Source: Octopus bimaculoides
Taxonomy: Eukaryota
Length of the DNA: 63,328 nucleotides
Assembly: GCF_001194135.2 (NCBI RefSeq)
Contig: NC_068995.1
Location: 29,036,146 to 29,099,473, forward strand
Reading direction: 5' to 3'
Part shown: positions 11,906 through 26,680 of the stretch, in pieces
Numbering within the stretch: position 1 is the stretch's first letter
How the letters are laid out: every line of letters starts with the position of its first letter
The notes under the pieces: model-generated
What the model was told of the DNA's origin: nothing
The model's database searches: none
What the model saw: the letters and a program-made list of their open reading frames with translations, nothing else
Translations under genes and position numbers: made by a program

Positions 11906-14035
11906 TGTGTGTGGCGCGCTTGTGTTTGTGTGTGTGTTATGTTAATAGTCGTCAGATCTGGCCTCTTACACCTACTCTGCAATATCTTCTGAAAATAAAC
12001 AGTCACATCACTGGACTCTTAAAGCTGCAAGATAAGGTATGATTAATTCAAAACCATGTGAATAAATTAACATTACATTTAATAGAGTAATCTGAATGCT
12101 GAAGGATTAAACCAGTGTAAACATGATGCAGAGAAGGACACATGCATGTGCATGCTTATTATATAAGTATATAAATATATAAACACATCCACCCACTCAC
12201 TCACACACATACTCACACACACACACACACACACACATACACTCACACATATACACACACATACACTCAAACATATACACACACTCTCTCTCACACACTC
12301 GCGCGCGCGACACTCTTCTGTATAGTTGCCCTCTGCTAAATTCTGGTCACAAAGTAATGGTCAACTCGTATGAAAACACAATTAACTTTTCATATGGCAC
12401 AGTTTAATATATATTATTTTCATTCAACAGATGGCATTTATTAGTTATTGGAATACCAATTACATAATATATTTAATCTGGGTTGAATCTTGACTCATTC
12501 CCACCCGCCCACTGAAGCATGACGGACCATCTCTTAGTTTGCAGTGCAATATAAATCAAAATAAAACAAATATAAAATGGAAGGAAATCTATTAACTTAA
12601 GTATACTTTTACAATCTCATTAGTAATTTCATTTTTTTTTCTCTCTGAGATTACTTTATTTCGTTCTAAGAGTTGAGAGATTTCAGAAGTATTTTCTTTC
12701 AATATTCTACACATTTTCCCGACTGCTATATAATTCAAAGTACTTTAACTACATTAAGGGCAAGTCATTCATGAAGTTTTCTCATATTTTATTATTAAAT
12801 TCACATTATTTACTATGCGCTGGATTTTGGAGTTTGGCATTTAACTTTAGTGTAATTAATAATCATATTTTTGAAACGTAAGCTAATTTTACATTCGTGA
12901 TGCGAAAACTGCATTTCTTCCGCCCAAGAAACCGAATTAAATATAACTTGTCTGTTTCTTAAAAATCAGAGTTTAAAAAAATATTTATGATAAATGTAAA
13001 TGTTTCCTTAACGACAAGTTTCATTAAGCTATGGATTTCTTCACTTGCAATACCAGCATTTTATTAAGAAGAAAATGATTCAGAAGTTGTAAATTTGCCA
13101 TCAAATGGTAGAATCACTCATGGAGATAACCGACAAAACCGTCATAAAACAGGTTCCTGTCTCGAATTTCAGCCACCTGATTATTAACAAATGTTCGTAT
13201 AAATACTGATAATGGATAGAAGAGTAAACATGTTTATCAATCTAGAATATGTAAAAACCAGCACATCTTATGCTAATTCTTCAAGTATCAATGGTAGATT
13301 ATTACCACTGACATACCTGGTTGAATTGTAATTGGAATACCTCTACACATACATATATATACATATATACATATTCATATATTGATAGCTAATGGCTGCA
13401 TATAAACATATATTTTTGAAAAGTAATTCAGCTGGCTTAGGTGACATATTTTTGTGCTAAAAATGTCTATGTTTTCCCCAAATGTCAATTAATTACTGTT
13501 ATTTATCTTTCTATATTTGTTGTTCTTCGATTTTCAACAACTCAAAAGAATGTTTTTACTTATCGATTGCACTGATATTCTCAATTAATCAATTTTATAA
13601 GTATGTCTCAACTGTATTTATATTCTGCTATTTAGTAATGCCGATGGAACCACTGTACCATATTTCTTGATATTCTTAATCACCGACACATCATTACCCC
13701 CTTCACATTCTTCTCTCTTTCTGTGTGTATATAACATAAACTTATGAGTTAGAGGTTTATGCAACCGTCAAAGGGATAACTGTATCTGCAGGCACTACTG
13801 GTGTATTACCTAACTATGTATAAGCCTTGTTGTAAGGCTAACAGTAGCTAGTAATTTAAAGGGTAAACCGTGGTTTAATATATTCAGATAAGATAAGAAA
13901 AGAAATGGAGCAATATGTAACAATTAGTAGTTGATCATTAGTTTTGAATGATCATAGTTTAATTATGGTTAACCATAACTGTGTATATATACATGCATAT
14001 ATAAATAAATAAATAAATGAATAAATAAATATATA

Positions 14036-14119
<84 letters not shown>

Positions 14120-14642
14120 NNNNNNNNNNNNNNNNNNNNNNNNNNNNNNNNNNNNNNNNNNNNNNNNNNNNNNNNNNNNNNNNNNNNNNNNNNNNNNNNN
14201 NNNNNNNNNNNNNNNNNNNNNNNNNNNNNNNNNNNNNNNNNNNNNNNNNNNNNNNNNNNNNNNNNNNNNNNNNNNNNNNNNNNNNNNNNNNNNNNNNNNN
14301 NNNNNNNNNNNNNNNNNNNNNNNNNNNNNNNNNNNNNNNNNNNNNNNNNNNNNNNNNNNNNNNNNNNNNNNNNNNNNNNNNNNNNNNNNNNNNNNNNNNN
14401 NNNNNNNNNNNNNNNNNNNNNNNNNNNNNNNNNNNNNNNNNNNNNNNNNNNNNNNNNNNNNNNNNNNNNNNNNNNNNNNNNNNNNNNNNNNNNNNNNNNN
14501 NNNNNNNNNNNNNNNNNNNNNNNNNNNNNNNNNNNNNNNNNNNNNNNNNNNNNNNNNNNNNNNNNNNNNNNNNNNNNNNNNNNNNNNNNNNNNNNNNNNN
14601 NNNNNNNNNNNNNNNNNNNNNNNNNNNNNNNNNNNNNNNNNN

Positions 14643-14828
14643 TGTTATCCAAGGAAAAGGCAAAGGGGCCGATACAGCTTGGCACCAGTGACGTCGCAAC
14701 TCATTTCTACAGATGAGTGAACTGGAACAACGTGAAATAAAGTGTCTTGCTCAAGAAAACACCACACACACCTCGGTCTGAGAATCGAACTCGCTACCTA
14801 ATGATTGCGAGCCATGCGCCTTCACCCT
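14643..14828 (-). mobile_element. CORE-type SINE, family C, partial (abuts gap)
   Basis: The reverse strand contains a B-box-like gagttcgattc and a CORE-like tcttgagcaagacacttt. Confidence 0.65.
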
Positions 14829-14852
14829 CTGTGTGTGTGTGTGTGTGTGTGC

Positions 14853-15210
14853 ATTCTTTTATTCTGTTATTTGTTTCAGTCATTTGACTGCGGCCATGCT
14901 AGAGCACCGCCTTTAGTCGAACAAATCGACCCTAGGACTTATTCTTTGTAAGCCTAGTACTTATTCTATCAGTCACTTTTGCCAAACCGCCAAGTTACGG
15001 GAACATAAACACCCCAACGTCGGTTGTCAAGCGATGGTGGGGACAAACAGAGATACACAAACACACGCACATATTTATATATATATATATACGACGAGCT
15101 TCTTTCAGTTTCCGTCAAACAAATCCATTCACAAGGCTTTGGTCGGCCCAAGACTATAGTAGAAGACACTCGCCCAAGGTGCCACGCAGTTGGACTGAAC
15201 CCGGAAAGCA
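14853..15210 (-). mobile_element. SINE family A, 5'-truncated
   Basis: Colinear with 909-1323 and 56133-56546 (catttgactgcggccatgct...gccacgcagttggactgaacccgg). Confidence 0.85.
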
Positions 15211-15762
15211 CACAACTACTAATTGTGACTGGAAGTGCTGGGTAGCACCTATATGGCTAGAAATAAGAGTTAAAACCCTGTACGGAAGTACATTTTCATA
15301 TACTGACAGGGGATATAACAACCTCATAATCGAAGCTAGAATCACTGGACAAGTCTAGTTTCTATAAATTGCAGACTCGTCAGTAGTGATTACTCCATCG
15401 TCCAATGGTTTAGGTAAATCACACTGTCAGTATACATATTTACCATATAAATTTATGACTTGCAGTTCTAAGGGTTAACTCTTATTTAATAATATAGGTG
15501 CCACCTAGCATCCTCAGTCACGACTACTGACGATTGAATTTTTCCTTTTCGGTTGTATATAGTATATTTATTATGATATAATAAATACATTATTATATTG
15601 GTGGCTAGAGCAATTAAAATCAAAAAGGCAAAATTCATAATTAAGGGTGCAAAATAGCACCTGCAATTGCTAGAAATGAGAGCTAAAAAATATAACTCGA
15701 ATAACCACACAAAATCACCAACCTCATGAGATATTCAGGGACTGCACGTAGCAAGCCCCACA

Positions 15763-15830
15763 ACATCTTTCTTCGGCGAGATAAACTAAACTACTTCATT
15801 CTGTGCGTTTATCTCGCCGAAGAAAGATGT
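15763..15830. repeat. Perfect 24-bp inverted repeat with 20-nt loop
   Basis: acatctttcttcggcgagataaac (15763-15786) / gtttatctcgccgaagaaagatgt (15807-15830). Confidence 0.95.
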
Positions 15831-17339
15831 AGCTTGCTGCTCGCATTAAATAAGTCGTAAAGAAGTTTTCTCTAAATGTATCCACTTCAAGCGCTAATTA
15901 CTGGGAAACTGGGTCTTCCCGTTTGCTGTTTAGGCCTTTTATGGTCTTTAAGGATTGTTTTATCCTCTGATCCAGTGGAGACAACCCGTCCTCATTAACG
16001 TTTTTATATGTTAGGCCTTAAATCTCGATATCTGAGCGTTTCCTCACGTCCGCGTGGCAGAAAGTTTGAATTTTTTTTGTCTTGTATAGTCTGACGAGCT
16101 CTCCGCAAGGCTTTGACTTTCGCGGATACGAAATCTTTGGTAACTATGACCAGAATTTAAATATATATTTACACACTCTATGGTATTTGAAATTAATGAC
16201 GCCTGTCACACGCAATGCATTTAGTAAATTTCAGTGTGTTTTAATTGGAAATAGAGAAGACGCTGAGCGAGTGAAATTAGCAAGATTTATTTTTCAGGAG
16301 ATATATTGATAGCGGAGTAAATCCATAGACCCAATCTTTGGTAAAATGACAGTGCCAATAAATGTGAGGTTTAGGTTTTAGTTTTTTATCCATACGCTCG
16401 GAAAAATAAGCTTTACTCTGCCTTGATGATCAAGTATTGAAAACGTGAGTACAGGGATTAAAGACGAACCATACTCATCGGATTATTCTTAATTCCATTT
16501 TGATTAATGTTTCCAAAGCAGTTAAAACTGGTCCCGCTAATGTTAGAAATAATGGCTATAGATAATCATGTTATCACTGCTGCTTTTGCTGTTTCTGTTC
16601 AGCCACCTCTGCCCGTTTCCCAGCCCTAATCAAGAATATCGATGACAAAAAGAAATGCAGATTTTATCATCCCGTCTTTTTGTATAGGAAGATACTCAGC
16701 CTAATGTGTTTTTCTTTTTAAGAAGAGTAGAGCCTGACTTAAAGAATATTTTACTGTCATTACCTCATATTCGAACGACTACATACAAGCTCGCACGTTA
16801 ACTTTGTTATTGAAATTTTATTGTTGTTTAACTCCAAATCAACTCTAATTGAACAGACTAAATGACATGCTGTCTATGGCCATTTCATCTTTTTATAGCT
16901 ATCTAGGAGTCCTTATCTTCTTTTTATAAAATATTAGAGTTCGGTTTGAGGGAAATCTGTTGCTATCTCTATCTGGTCGAGCGACTGAGTAGAGCTTCCT
17001 TCGTTTTTTAGTCATTTTTTTTTTACTACTGTTGTATGACACTTATACCAAACAGATAGGTGACAGAATGCTGCATTCATCTATCGCATCTAGGTCGTCC
17101 CATAGGACGGCCGCATTCGATCAACGTTAAAGTAAATACCTTCCCACGTTTCTGGAACATGTCGGAATTGCTGAAAGAGAATTCTCTGGTGCAATGACTA
17201 AATCGGGTAACTAGATAAAATATCATCTACATATTGTTTACTAAAATATAAGGATACTAAAGATAGTATGAAAATGGACACTATACACTTGACGCAAAAG
17301 TGTTGAAAGCAAGCTGAGGGAAACAGTTGAAGTACACTG

Positions 17340-18530
17340 TCACCTTTATTGTTCACATTCAAGAACCAAAACCAAGCGACACGGCTTTGGAAAACCAGGC
17401 TTACTTTTATGCTTTGTCTATTCTTAAACAGTACCGCTACGTCACTTATACCTCGCACTTGTCTAGAAAGAGAGCAAGTGACCGCGTTTGACAAATCCTT
17501 GGCTGGCTAATGGCTGTTTCATTCAGATCTACAAATCTGAGATCGTTGGGTAGTTATTGCTTCAAGGTCACGTGCATTTAAGCAACCTATTTTCAGTATT
17601 GTCACTCTAGGAGAAAAAGAAACAAAAAGAGGAATAAATCACTAATCCTAGCTCTGAATTAGTCCTTTTTCGGTGTATTTGTATGGGCATTTCAAAAGCT
17701 TTCATTTAATAATTTGTAAAGCCCCCTACATAATATGGGAAACGCTTCCACAAAATATGGTACATTTCTGCAGTAGTTATTAACAATAGCCATCTTCCTG
17801 GCGATTTGGAGACGGTGACTGCAACAAGACCTTCATCTTTTGTTAAAAATTTGTCTTCGTGGAATTTCATGAACTCTTCGTTCTCCTTTTGGAGACTGTA
17901 TAATTGAGGGTTTCATCTGTTTCTTTGCTGAAGTTATTAGCCCTTTAAGGTTAAATTGTTTTATCTCGGATTCTTTTTATCGTACTCTGTTCGCTGCTAG
18001 TCTTGGTGTGTCTCTGGCTGTTGCTGTTATCGTTGTTTCTGTTCTTGACATTGCTGCTGTTGGTTTATTTCTTATGGTTATTGTAGGAGTTGTATTTGTT
18101 GTCGTTGTGGCTGTTGCTGTGAATGTTGCTGTGGCTGTTGTTATTGTTGTTGTGACTGTTGGTCTGTCGCCTGCTTCATTTATTGGACGCAGTGTGTTAA
18201 ATTTGGTGTCCTCAAACTTTTGAGATTTGGGACTCGGATCAGTATATTCATATGCTCGTCTTCTCTACTTTTTGGATGCTTTTGTGCCATTCGCAGATAC
18301 TTCTAAATGTGGACCTTGGTTGGGCTTGCGCTTATTCTCTCGTCTGTCATTTGTTTATGTTGGGGTGGTTGTAACATTTGTGGTGGTGATGTTGGAGGGG
18401 GGAACGTGTCCCTGCGCCCCGCTCTGAGTGGGAAAATCTTTGTTGCATTATTTGTAGGCACGTCTTCTGGAGCAACCAAAATCTGAAACTCCATGGACGT
18501 TCCCATTCTATTCTAGTGGGGGATTAGACT
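17340..18530 (-). mobile_element. Decayed L1/Tx1-like LINE: Thr-rich ORF1 end plus start of ORF2 endonuclease
   Basis: The minus strand gives TTTITTATA...TTTTNTTPT low-complexity ORF1-like sequence, then VTILKIGCLNARDL and SRQVRGISDVAVLFKNRQSIKVSLVF, resembling a Tx1 EN N-terminus. Many stops and frameshifts. Confidence 0.5.
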
Positions 18531-19430
18531 TCATGCGTATAATATCCTATAGCCTGGCCATTACTCTCGCGTGGTCCCTATTAAGATGTATGGTAGTGAG
18601 GCTGACTTTGGTCACAAAATACTCTATATGTAATGGGATCATGACAAACTGCTGAAAGGAGAGACTTGCATCCGTTAAACGAGCTTCCAAGGTCGCTATT
18701 GAAAATATCTATTACCATCACCATGACTTTTCCTCTATTCCTCTCCCGGTCTCTATATCTCTCTCCCTCTTACATTTTAAATTTCATTATACAGAGAGAT
18801 TATTGATATGAGGGACAGGTTAAGTTGTGAGTTTCTTTGGGAAGTTGCTGTAGAAAGTGAATGTAAGTGCTGGTAGTATTTCGACTACTTATATAAATAT
18901 TCCCAAATTCGTTTTCTTATAATATAATATAAGATATGAATGGTTTTTAGTCCTTCAATTGCCTTCAAATTCAATAAAATAAATTTAATTGATATGCAGG
19001 CATATATAGTATACCCAGCCACTAAGAATGTATTACCTTATATCAAACTTAAAAAAATATAACCATATAGTTGCAACTGTAGTGTAGAAATAAAAGCGGA
19101 TCAAAGAAAGTATCAATGTATATCAGATAAAAAGTCTGAAATTATGTTAAAAATAATGTAGATATGAGAGTAAAAAATAACTGTTGCTCACAACGCAGAA
19201 ATGAAACAGTCCAAATCCGTTGGGTGATTTTCGTGATGAATTTAACTGAATAACAAATGGTGGTGTTACCGAAAGCTAATCGCTGAGGTGTTAAATGATA
19301 GAAACAGTTTAATGTAGCAAAGAATTCAAACTTCCAATAACTCACACTGGCTTGGCTATGGTACTGCGTTGAGGATCAGGGGTATGAATTACATATTTAC
19401 AGCAATTCTCAGACAGATGAAATTTATATC

Positions 19431-19500
<70 letters not shown>

Positions 19501-19512
19501 NNNNNNNNNNNN

Positions 19513-19597
<85 letters not shown>

Positions 19598-20236
19598 AAG
19601 TATGTATACATATACACACACATAGTGTATATGGAAATATATACATGTATGTTTATATACATATATCCAAAAATTATACCCATATCTTTCTTGAATATAT
19701 ATATGTGCGTCTGCATGCGTGGCAGCATATTTGCAACCCCACACATAATAACTGAAGCCTATGCACCTTACCTACATCTGTGAATTTTGTTTATTTTAAT
19801 TAACTCTCAGCGTGTGGTATGCTTATATTTTATTACAGAAATATTAGAATCTTATTCCCCCTTCATCTTCTGCTGTAAATGAAATTACATAATGGTATAA
19901 ATGAAACTGATATTTCTGTATGTAGCTCGTCAATAGAATCTCTGTCGGAAAATTAAATAATTTTCCACTGTACCGATATGTAGTGTTGGTACTCGTTTTT
20001 TTTTTTTTGCTTTAGTAACCATTCTCCGACTGGTAACTTTCTCCCTATTTAGATAAATGAATTTGTACTTAGATACATGCTTGTTTGTATATAAATTTTT
20101 CTTCGGAATTTATTGAAAGATTTTCATTTTTTACTCTTCAGAACTCAAGCTGGTCACTAACAATGTGAGAAGAAGCATTTTATTAAGGCAAAACAGCTGC
20201 TGGGGTTTGTAGTTATCTGCATCGGTTGGTGAGTGA

Positions 20237-20274
<38 letters not shown>

Positions 20275-20983
20275 TCGAAACGTGTCCATGGTAAGCTGTT
20301 TATGATGCCTTTCAATCTGTTTCAAATAGGAGTTAAGTCTCCTTCGAAACACTACACCGCTTCAAAATGAAAGGGAAAATTGGATGATGTAACTAGTTAC
20401 CTAGTTACCCTAAAAACACGGTTAATATCTAATCGATAGTCAACGTTGGTTAACCAAAGCTATGGTCTGAGGAGTTCAAGCCATAACAATCCTGTTGTCC
20501 TCGGGACCTCTATGGTTAATGCTAACCTTAATACTTAATACTTTCTTAAGATTATGCGTGTGGACTAAGGAGTATTTAGCTGCTATTTCTTACAAGTCAA
20601 AGTGGAGAAAGACATTTTTTCAGCTGCGGTATAAAGAAGATACAGAAAACCTAGAAACAGGATGTCGAAAAACACCTGATGCTAAAGTGATACAAATAAC
20701 AACAACAACTAACACCCACAAATGCTGTCCTCCTCCCTGCTTCTTCTACTCTGAATATATCATACTGGGGCACAATCTTCAACGGTTTAATCGAACAACG
20801 ATCACCGTTTTAGTTTATTTTTCTGGTACTTCGTCTATTCGCACCGTTTTGCCGAACTGGTAAGTGGTGAAGACCTAAAGAAGTCAACAACGGTTGTCAA
20901 GTATAGAAGACATAACGTAAAGACACGAGTACACGCCTCCCACACACACACGCACATAAATGCATACACACCTATGTATGTAA

Positions 20984-21018
<35 letters not shown>

Positions 21019-21055
21019 TATATATACATACACATACATACGTATGTATGTATGT

Positions 21056-21119
<64 letters not shown>

Positions 21120-22365
21120 GTGGGTATCGTACACACGTGGATGGGACAGTTACCGCAGTATTGTCCTGTAATAGCATCTCTTATGGATTTCCTATGTCAA
21201 AAACACCATAAATACGAGAAAAAGTCGAAAAATTGCCCCAGCAGCGGCCAGCAAGAACATCAAATGCATTTCTGCTTTTAAGTCCTTTCAATGGCGTGTA
21301 CTCGCAGCCGGCCACATGCTCGGACAAGAATTCGTCGACTGAGATACAAGGAAAATTAAATAAAATATTCACTGATGCTGCGAATAGCCGCCTAAAAACT
21401 GGGGGTGGGGTGGGTGGAGTTCTGTTATTTTGGATAGATAATATAATCCAAGCAGAGTTGTAAAAACAGTTTTGTTAGAGGATAAAAAAGCATCGAGACT
21501 GCTTAATCAAATTAACATTCCAAATTGAACATCTAATCAAAACAATTTGTACTTTCGTGCAGCAAGAGATAGTTTGAAGACCTATAAAAAAATTAAATAA
21601 AAAAACAAACACCGAAACTTACTGCATAATATCATAGTTGATAAAGTATTGAGCCAACTGCATATGAATTTGAAAAACAATTTAATGTTAATAATACCGG
21701 CTCATTCTTCTTTTATAAAAGACAAAGGAAGCGTTTATGTTAAGAAAAGTAAATCAATTAGTGAATTCAATGCATCTAAAGAGCAAACCTTCGTAATACT
21801 GTGCTCTAATGCATTAGATAATAGTTACAGGACATTGTGGCAAACGTAAATAACAAAGATTCTTACACCAGAGTTAACGTGAAGATGGACAGAGGTATCA
21901 ACGCATATATATACAGAGGTATCAACGCATATATATACAGAGAAAAGAAAACGGATTTTTATCATGATGTAATTGATTTGTTCATCAATAAATAACCTTT
22001 GTTATTTACTCCTGATTCAGAAGGCAGTGTGAGATATTGGAAGTGTGAGAACTGCTTCTAATTCATAATATAATTTTCTTTCAATTGTGCTCTGTCGCAG
22101 TACATCAGCAAATGGACTTCACTATATATGCAAATAAATTACAAGCAATCGATTCACTTCGTTTCGAGATGATCTGATCACATGGGGAAATATCGGTTTC
22201 TTTCGTTCTCGGTGATTCCGAAGCGAGTTGTCTCATCTTGTCTGTGACATTCAGGTGTTCTTTAACACTAGGCGTCATACTGGGAGTATTCTCTAGACGC
22301 TGTGCGGCAGCAACTTTGGCATATAAGCAAAACACATATCTTATGGACATGCGACCGATAATGCT

Positions 22366-22399
<34 letters not shown>

Positions 22400-22544
22400 T
22401 ATATTTATTTGGAGAGAGAGAGGTTATGAGCAGTAGTGATGTCAATTAGACCCAGGGGTTTCAGGTAATGCTGAGTAAGTGCGATGGATAGACCATAGTT
22501 AAGCTCCAGGTACGGTGATTATGCGAATAAGGGGTCCAGGGAGA

Positions 22545-23826
22545 ATTCACAAAAAACAAAACAAAAAGACGATGACAGGTGGTGTGGTGTGGTGTGGTGT
22601 GGTGGTGTTGGGATGTGGCGAAGGCGAGAGTGGGGAAAGCAAAGGTGGGGTGTGGGTTAGCTGAGGGTGGGGTATGTGGAAGTGGGTGTAAGGGATTGGG
22701 TGGGGTGGTGTGGGATGGATAAGGAAGGTGGGGTTACGAGAGAGGGATGACTGTGAAGGGAGAAGATGGGTAGGAGCGAAGAGAAAAGAGGAGAGTAGGA
22801 GTGAAGAGAAGTAGGAATCGGAGCAAGTGAGGAGAGGTGGGTGGGAAGAAGTAGGTGTGAGAGGGAGAGAAGAGAGGAGAGGAGGGTTAGATGAAGAGGG
22901 GCGGAGTGTTGAGCCCATGTGGCGCAAAGGAGCGAAGAGAGAAGATTAATCCCTGTGCAAGGACAATCCGAATACAGACAGGTGTTACAAAGAGTGACCA
23001 GTAGAGCGGAAATGGCGCGAGACAGGGGTGTCACTGCCGTGTAGGATGTCTCGGAGGTGTTCTTACCGAGTCAGATGTCCCGGAGGTGTTCCGCGAACCG
23101 GTCAGCCAAGAGGCGTCCCGTTTGCCCATGTATAGAGAAGGGCAGAGATAGCAGAAGATTCAGTAGATGACATTGCTAGAAGTGCAGGTGAAGGACTCGG
23201 TGATATGATAGGGTCGATGATGGGTGCCGGTGAGGAGGGTGGTGTTGGAGAGGTAAGGGCAAGTACGGAAACGTGGGCGGGAGCAGGGTAACGAGCCGGG
23301 TTAGGAAGTTGGGTTAGGGAAGAAGCTGTGAGCCAAGAGGTCTCGTACGTTGTGGGCTTCTTTGAAAGAGGGGAGAGTTCGGTTAGGAAAGATGTGCGAA
23401 GTGGAGGGGTCGGAGTAGAGTCGCCGAAAGGCTCGGAGAATAGTCCGTTGGAGAGGTAGGTGAGATGAAACGGGAGACGGGAGATGGCGGGGATAGAGAG
23501 CAGATGCACGTTCCATGGAACGTGCTTTGGCAAGGGCGGTGTGGATGGTGGTGAGGGGATGGTGGTGCGTAGACGGAGGAATTGGGAATAGGGAATGGAG
23601 AGCTTGGTGTGTTTAGATGTGGGAGGAGGAGAAGTCGAGGTATGAGTGTGAGTCTGTGTGTTTGTAGTGGATGGAGGTGGTGGGAGTGGAGTGATGAATG
23701 CTGACCGAAATGTCAAGAAAGGAGGAAGAGGTGTCAGAGATAGTGCAGAAGTGGAGGGTAGGATGGAAAGATTTGACAAAAGAGAGGAAAGAGTCTAGAT
23801 ATTCGCGGGAGTGTGAGGTCACACAC
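22545..23826 (-). mobile_element. Penelope-like element: RT C-terminus, GIY-YIG endonuclease and pyrimidine-rich 3' region
   Basis: FLSFVKSFHPTLHF...FLDISVSI...IHYKHTDSHSYLDFSSSH, KLSIPYSQFLRLR, and SSNVIYCIFCYLCPSLYMGQTGRLLADRFAEHLRDI (GIY-YIG). Frameshifted, and truncated at a (CA)n tract and gap. Confidence 0.9.
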
Positions 23827-23881
23827 GCAAGCATACATGCTCGCACACGTATATGAATGTGTGTGNNNNNNNNNNNNNNNN

Positions 23882-23951
<70 letters not shown>

Positions 23952-26636
23952 GTACATGCGTACATGCGTGCCTATACACGCATTTACAATACCGATAAAG
24001 GAAAATAATACTCTCCGCCTTCAGACGTTTAAATGTATCTATTTAAGAATAAGAAAAACTGGCATACGGAATACGTTGAAAATTAAATTGACATCATCGA
24101 GGGATAATACCAGATTTGAGGTTATCTATATTGATAAAGGTGACGGTTACAAGTCAGATTTGATTTCAATGTTAATATATTGTATTCATAGATATAAAAT
24201 GCCAAAATAGTTGAATGTTTTCAGGTCCATGTTGGTCATCTCAATTCATTACTTTGACATTTAAGCTACTTTTACTTGTAATTAAATAGTTTCAAGGAAA
24301 CACGTTTGTTTTGTTTACTTAAATAATGTTATGTAACCCTCTTGCTGATACTTACTTGGCAAATGAATGTTCACAGTAGCAAAGCCAAAATAAATTTCAC
24401 CAGGACGATTGTTAAACTTATTTCAATACTCCATCTGTTATTATTATGTACATACCAGGAATGTGTTTAGTATGTAAATTCATTTACCCAATAGAAGTTA
24501 CACCGCTAAATTTAGTGGCTATTTAAGTAATGTGTTCGTGGATGGTAATCGGATTGGATGTAACGCCGAAGAAACAGTAATAGTTTCTGAAATATGCATC
24601 TAAAGCCATTACGTATTTTTCGATTTTTCGCTCGCATTGTTTACGCATAAGTATTCGCGTACAAAACGTCGTAAATTTGAGTTCCGATTCTAATTTTTAT
24701 GGAAAACATGTAGAGGTAGTTCAACAAAAACGAAATTAAGACAAAAAAGTTATATATATAACGTCATATGAATTCATTCACACATAGTGTATTGTGTCTT
24801 AACATTACAAAAAAATTATTTTAGATATTGATTTATCCAACTCTATCTGTTAATACATTGCACATTAAATAAGCTGAAACCTAGTTACCTATTGTTTAAC
24901 ATGTGGCAAGTTCACGAAATTAGGCACTTTCGAGATAATATTTCTCAGCCAAGAAATATACATGTTTACATGATGAGTGGATTGATTCAAGTTATAGTAA
25001 GAATAAATGCTATATGCTCTGTGTCCACCGCTCTGCACTAGCTATTGTTTAGGGTGGTCTTATAAAATCAAATATTGTTATAAGTAACAACTGTCAATAC
25101 GCGAAGACAAATGATGAACTTATAGCCTTAGACCAAGGTCAGCTGTCTCCAAACGGAAGCGATCACGAAGATAAACTATGCAAAACGAAATAGATTTTCT
25201 GATGTGACCAAAGGACAAATGATTTAGAATGGTTGAGGATGAAAGGCTGAAGGTCTCCGTTTGATGAGACGGGAAATGGGATTTCGATAAACTACACGCG
25301 GATAATAATATAGAAAGACCGCAAGTCTAGTTGTGACCTGAATGCATGTGACAGACCACACTTAACTAAAGAAAGAAATATAACGAAAAACATGCGTTGC
25401 TACTCCCAAAACTGCCAGAATAAAAGTGCTAAAATATATTGTCAAAAGTTCCTTTTTTGCGTGTGTGATAATTATTTAGATACATTGCACGTTACTTAAA
25501 TACATTGGGAAGTTATTCACACTAAAAATAATTACAAGCGTCTGTAAGGAAAGAAAAAAGTGGTCTCCAAGTGTGACAATCATGTTATTTCCCAAAATAT
25601 AGAACGTTCAGCAACGAAAAACGGTTAGTATCATAATGTTATCTTCTTAGCATCCGGTCGAGAATATTCATTTTGTTCTCTTGACGTTTATGTATCAGCC
25701 CGAGTTTGGCTTCAGCTATAAAGCAATGTGTATTCGAGAGGTAGCATCTAGTGGCTGTCTCCTCATGCTAATGTCACACTATACTTGGTGCCTCTACTAT
25801 ACCTACCAGTAGACATATAAATACGGTTACAGTCTATGTTGACTATAAGTTGGCATTCATGTGAATGTAGCAAAACGTAAATATCACTCAACAACAAGTT
25901 CTAACGTTCAAAATATTTCTTAAAATATAAATATTAGCGACTCTAAATTTGATGTATTTCAAGCAATAAAAAAATCGATCAATGGTCATTTTAAGGATAA
26001 TATTAATTGCACATATAATAAAAAATTTCAATTTTCAGATGCAGTAAAATAGAAAACAAAAAATTGTTTGGCTTAATCCTCCATGCAATCTTAATGTGAG
26101 AATAAATATCACATTAGTCTTTTAATATTTTCCGAAAAACACTACATAAAAATTTTCTAAGAATAATGCTAAATTAGGTTTCAGTTACAGAAATATCAAA
26201 TATCAAATTAAATTCTTGAGGAAGTCATTGTGTCATTTGAGGTAAGAATCATTTTAATGCTAAAAATGGCTACGTGAGAACTTTCTATGAACTTGCAATC
26301 ACTCTAAATCAATAAATGACATGTTCGAGTAACACGACTCTTGTTAACCTTCGACCTGGCACCATCAAGAATAAGATAGACATTTTTTTAAGTCACGTTT
26401 CAATGAAACCAAATAGCTTGATATTTTCTTAGCTTGTTTCAAACGATATCTGTTGAGGGTTAAGTTAATGTAGGTATTTAAGAATTTATATGTGTTTCAG
26501 TTTGTATTTGTGTGGAATGTATTTCTGCATGTTTATTTCTATGTGCCTGCTTGGCAATTCCTGTGGAGTTGGGTATGTTTGAGTGGACACTTTTGAATGT
26601 GTGTCTATTAATATGTCTTTGTATCGTTGCGTATTT

Positions 26637-26680
<44 letters not shown>

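Noticed and set aside
13317-13340. 24-nt minus-strand mini-exon GIPITIQP with a strong GTATGT donor, and a possible terminal exon EDIAE* near 11.97 kb
   Set aside because: The acceptor lacks a polypyrimidine tract, and the segments are too short to distinguish from chance.
19769-19875. Minus-strand acceptor giving EDEGGIRF* (RFamide-like) and a nearby GTAAGG donor
   Set aside because: There is no Gly amide donor, only 9 codons, and no linkable upstream exon.
22580-22720. G-rich tract with G-quadruplex potential
   Set aside because: It is simply the antisense of the C-rich PLE 3' region, with no evidence of function.
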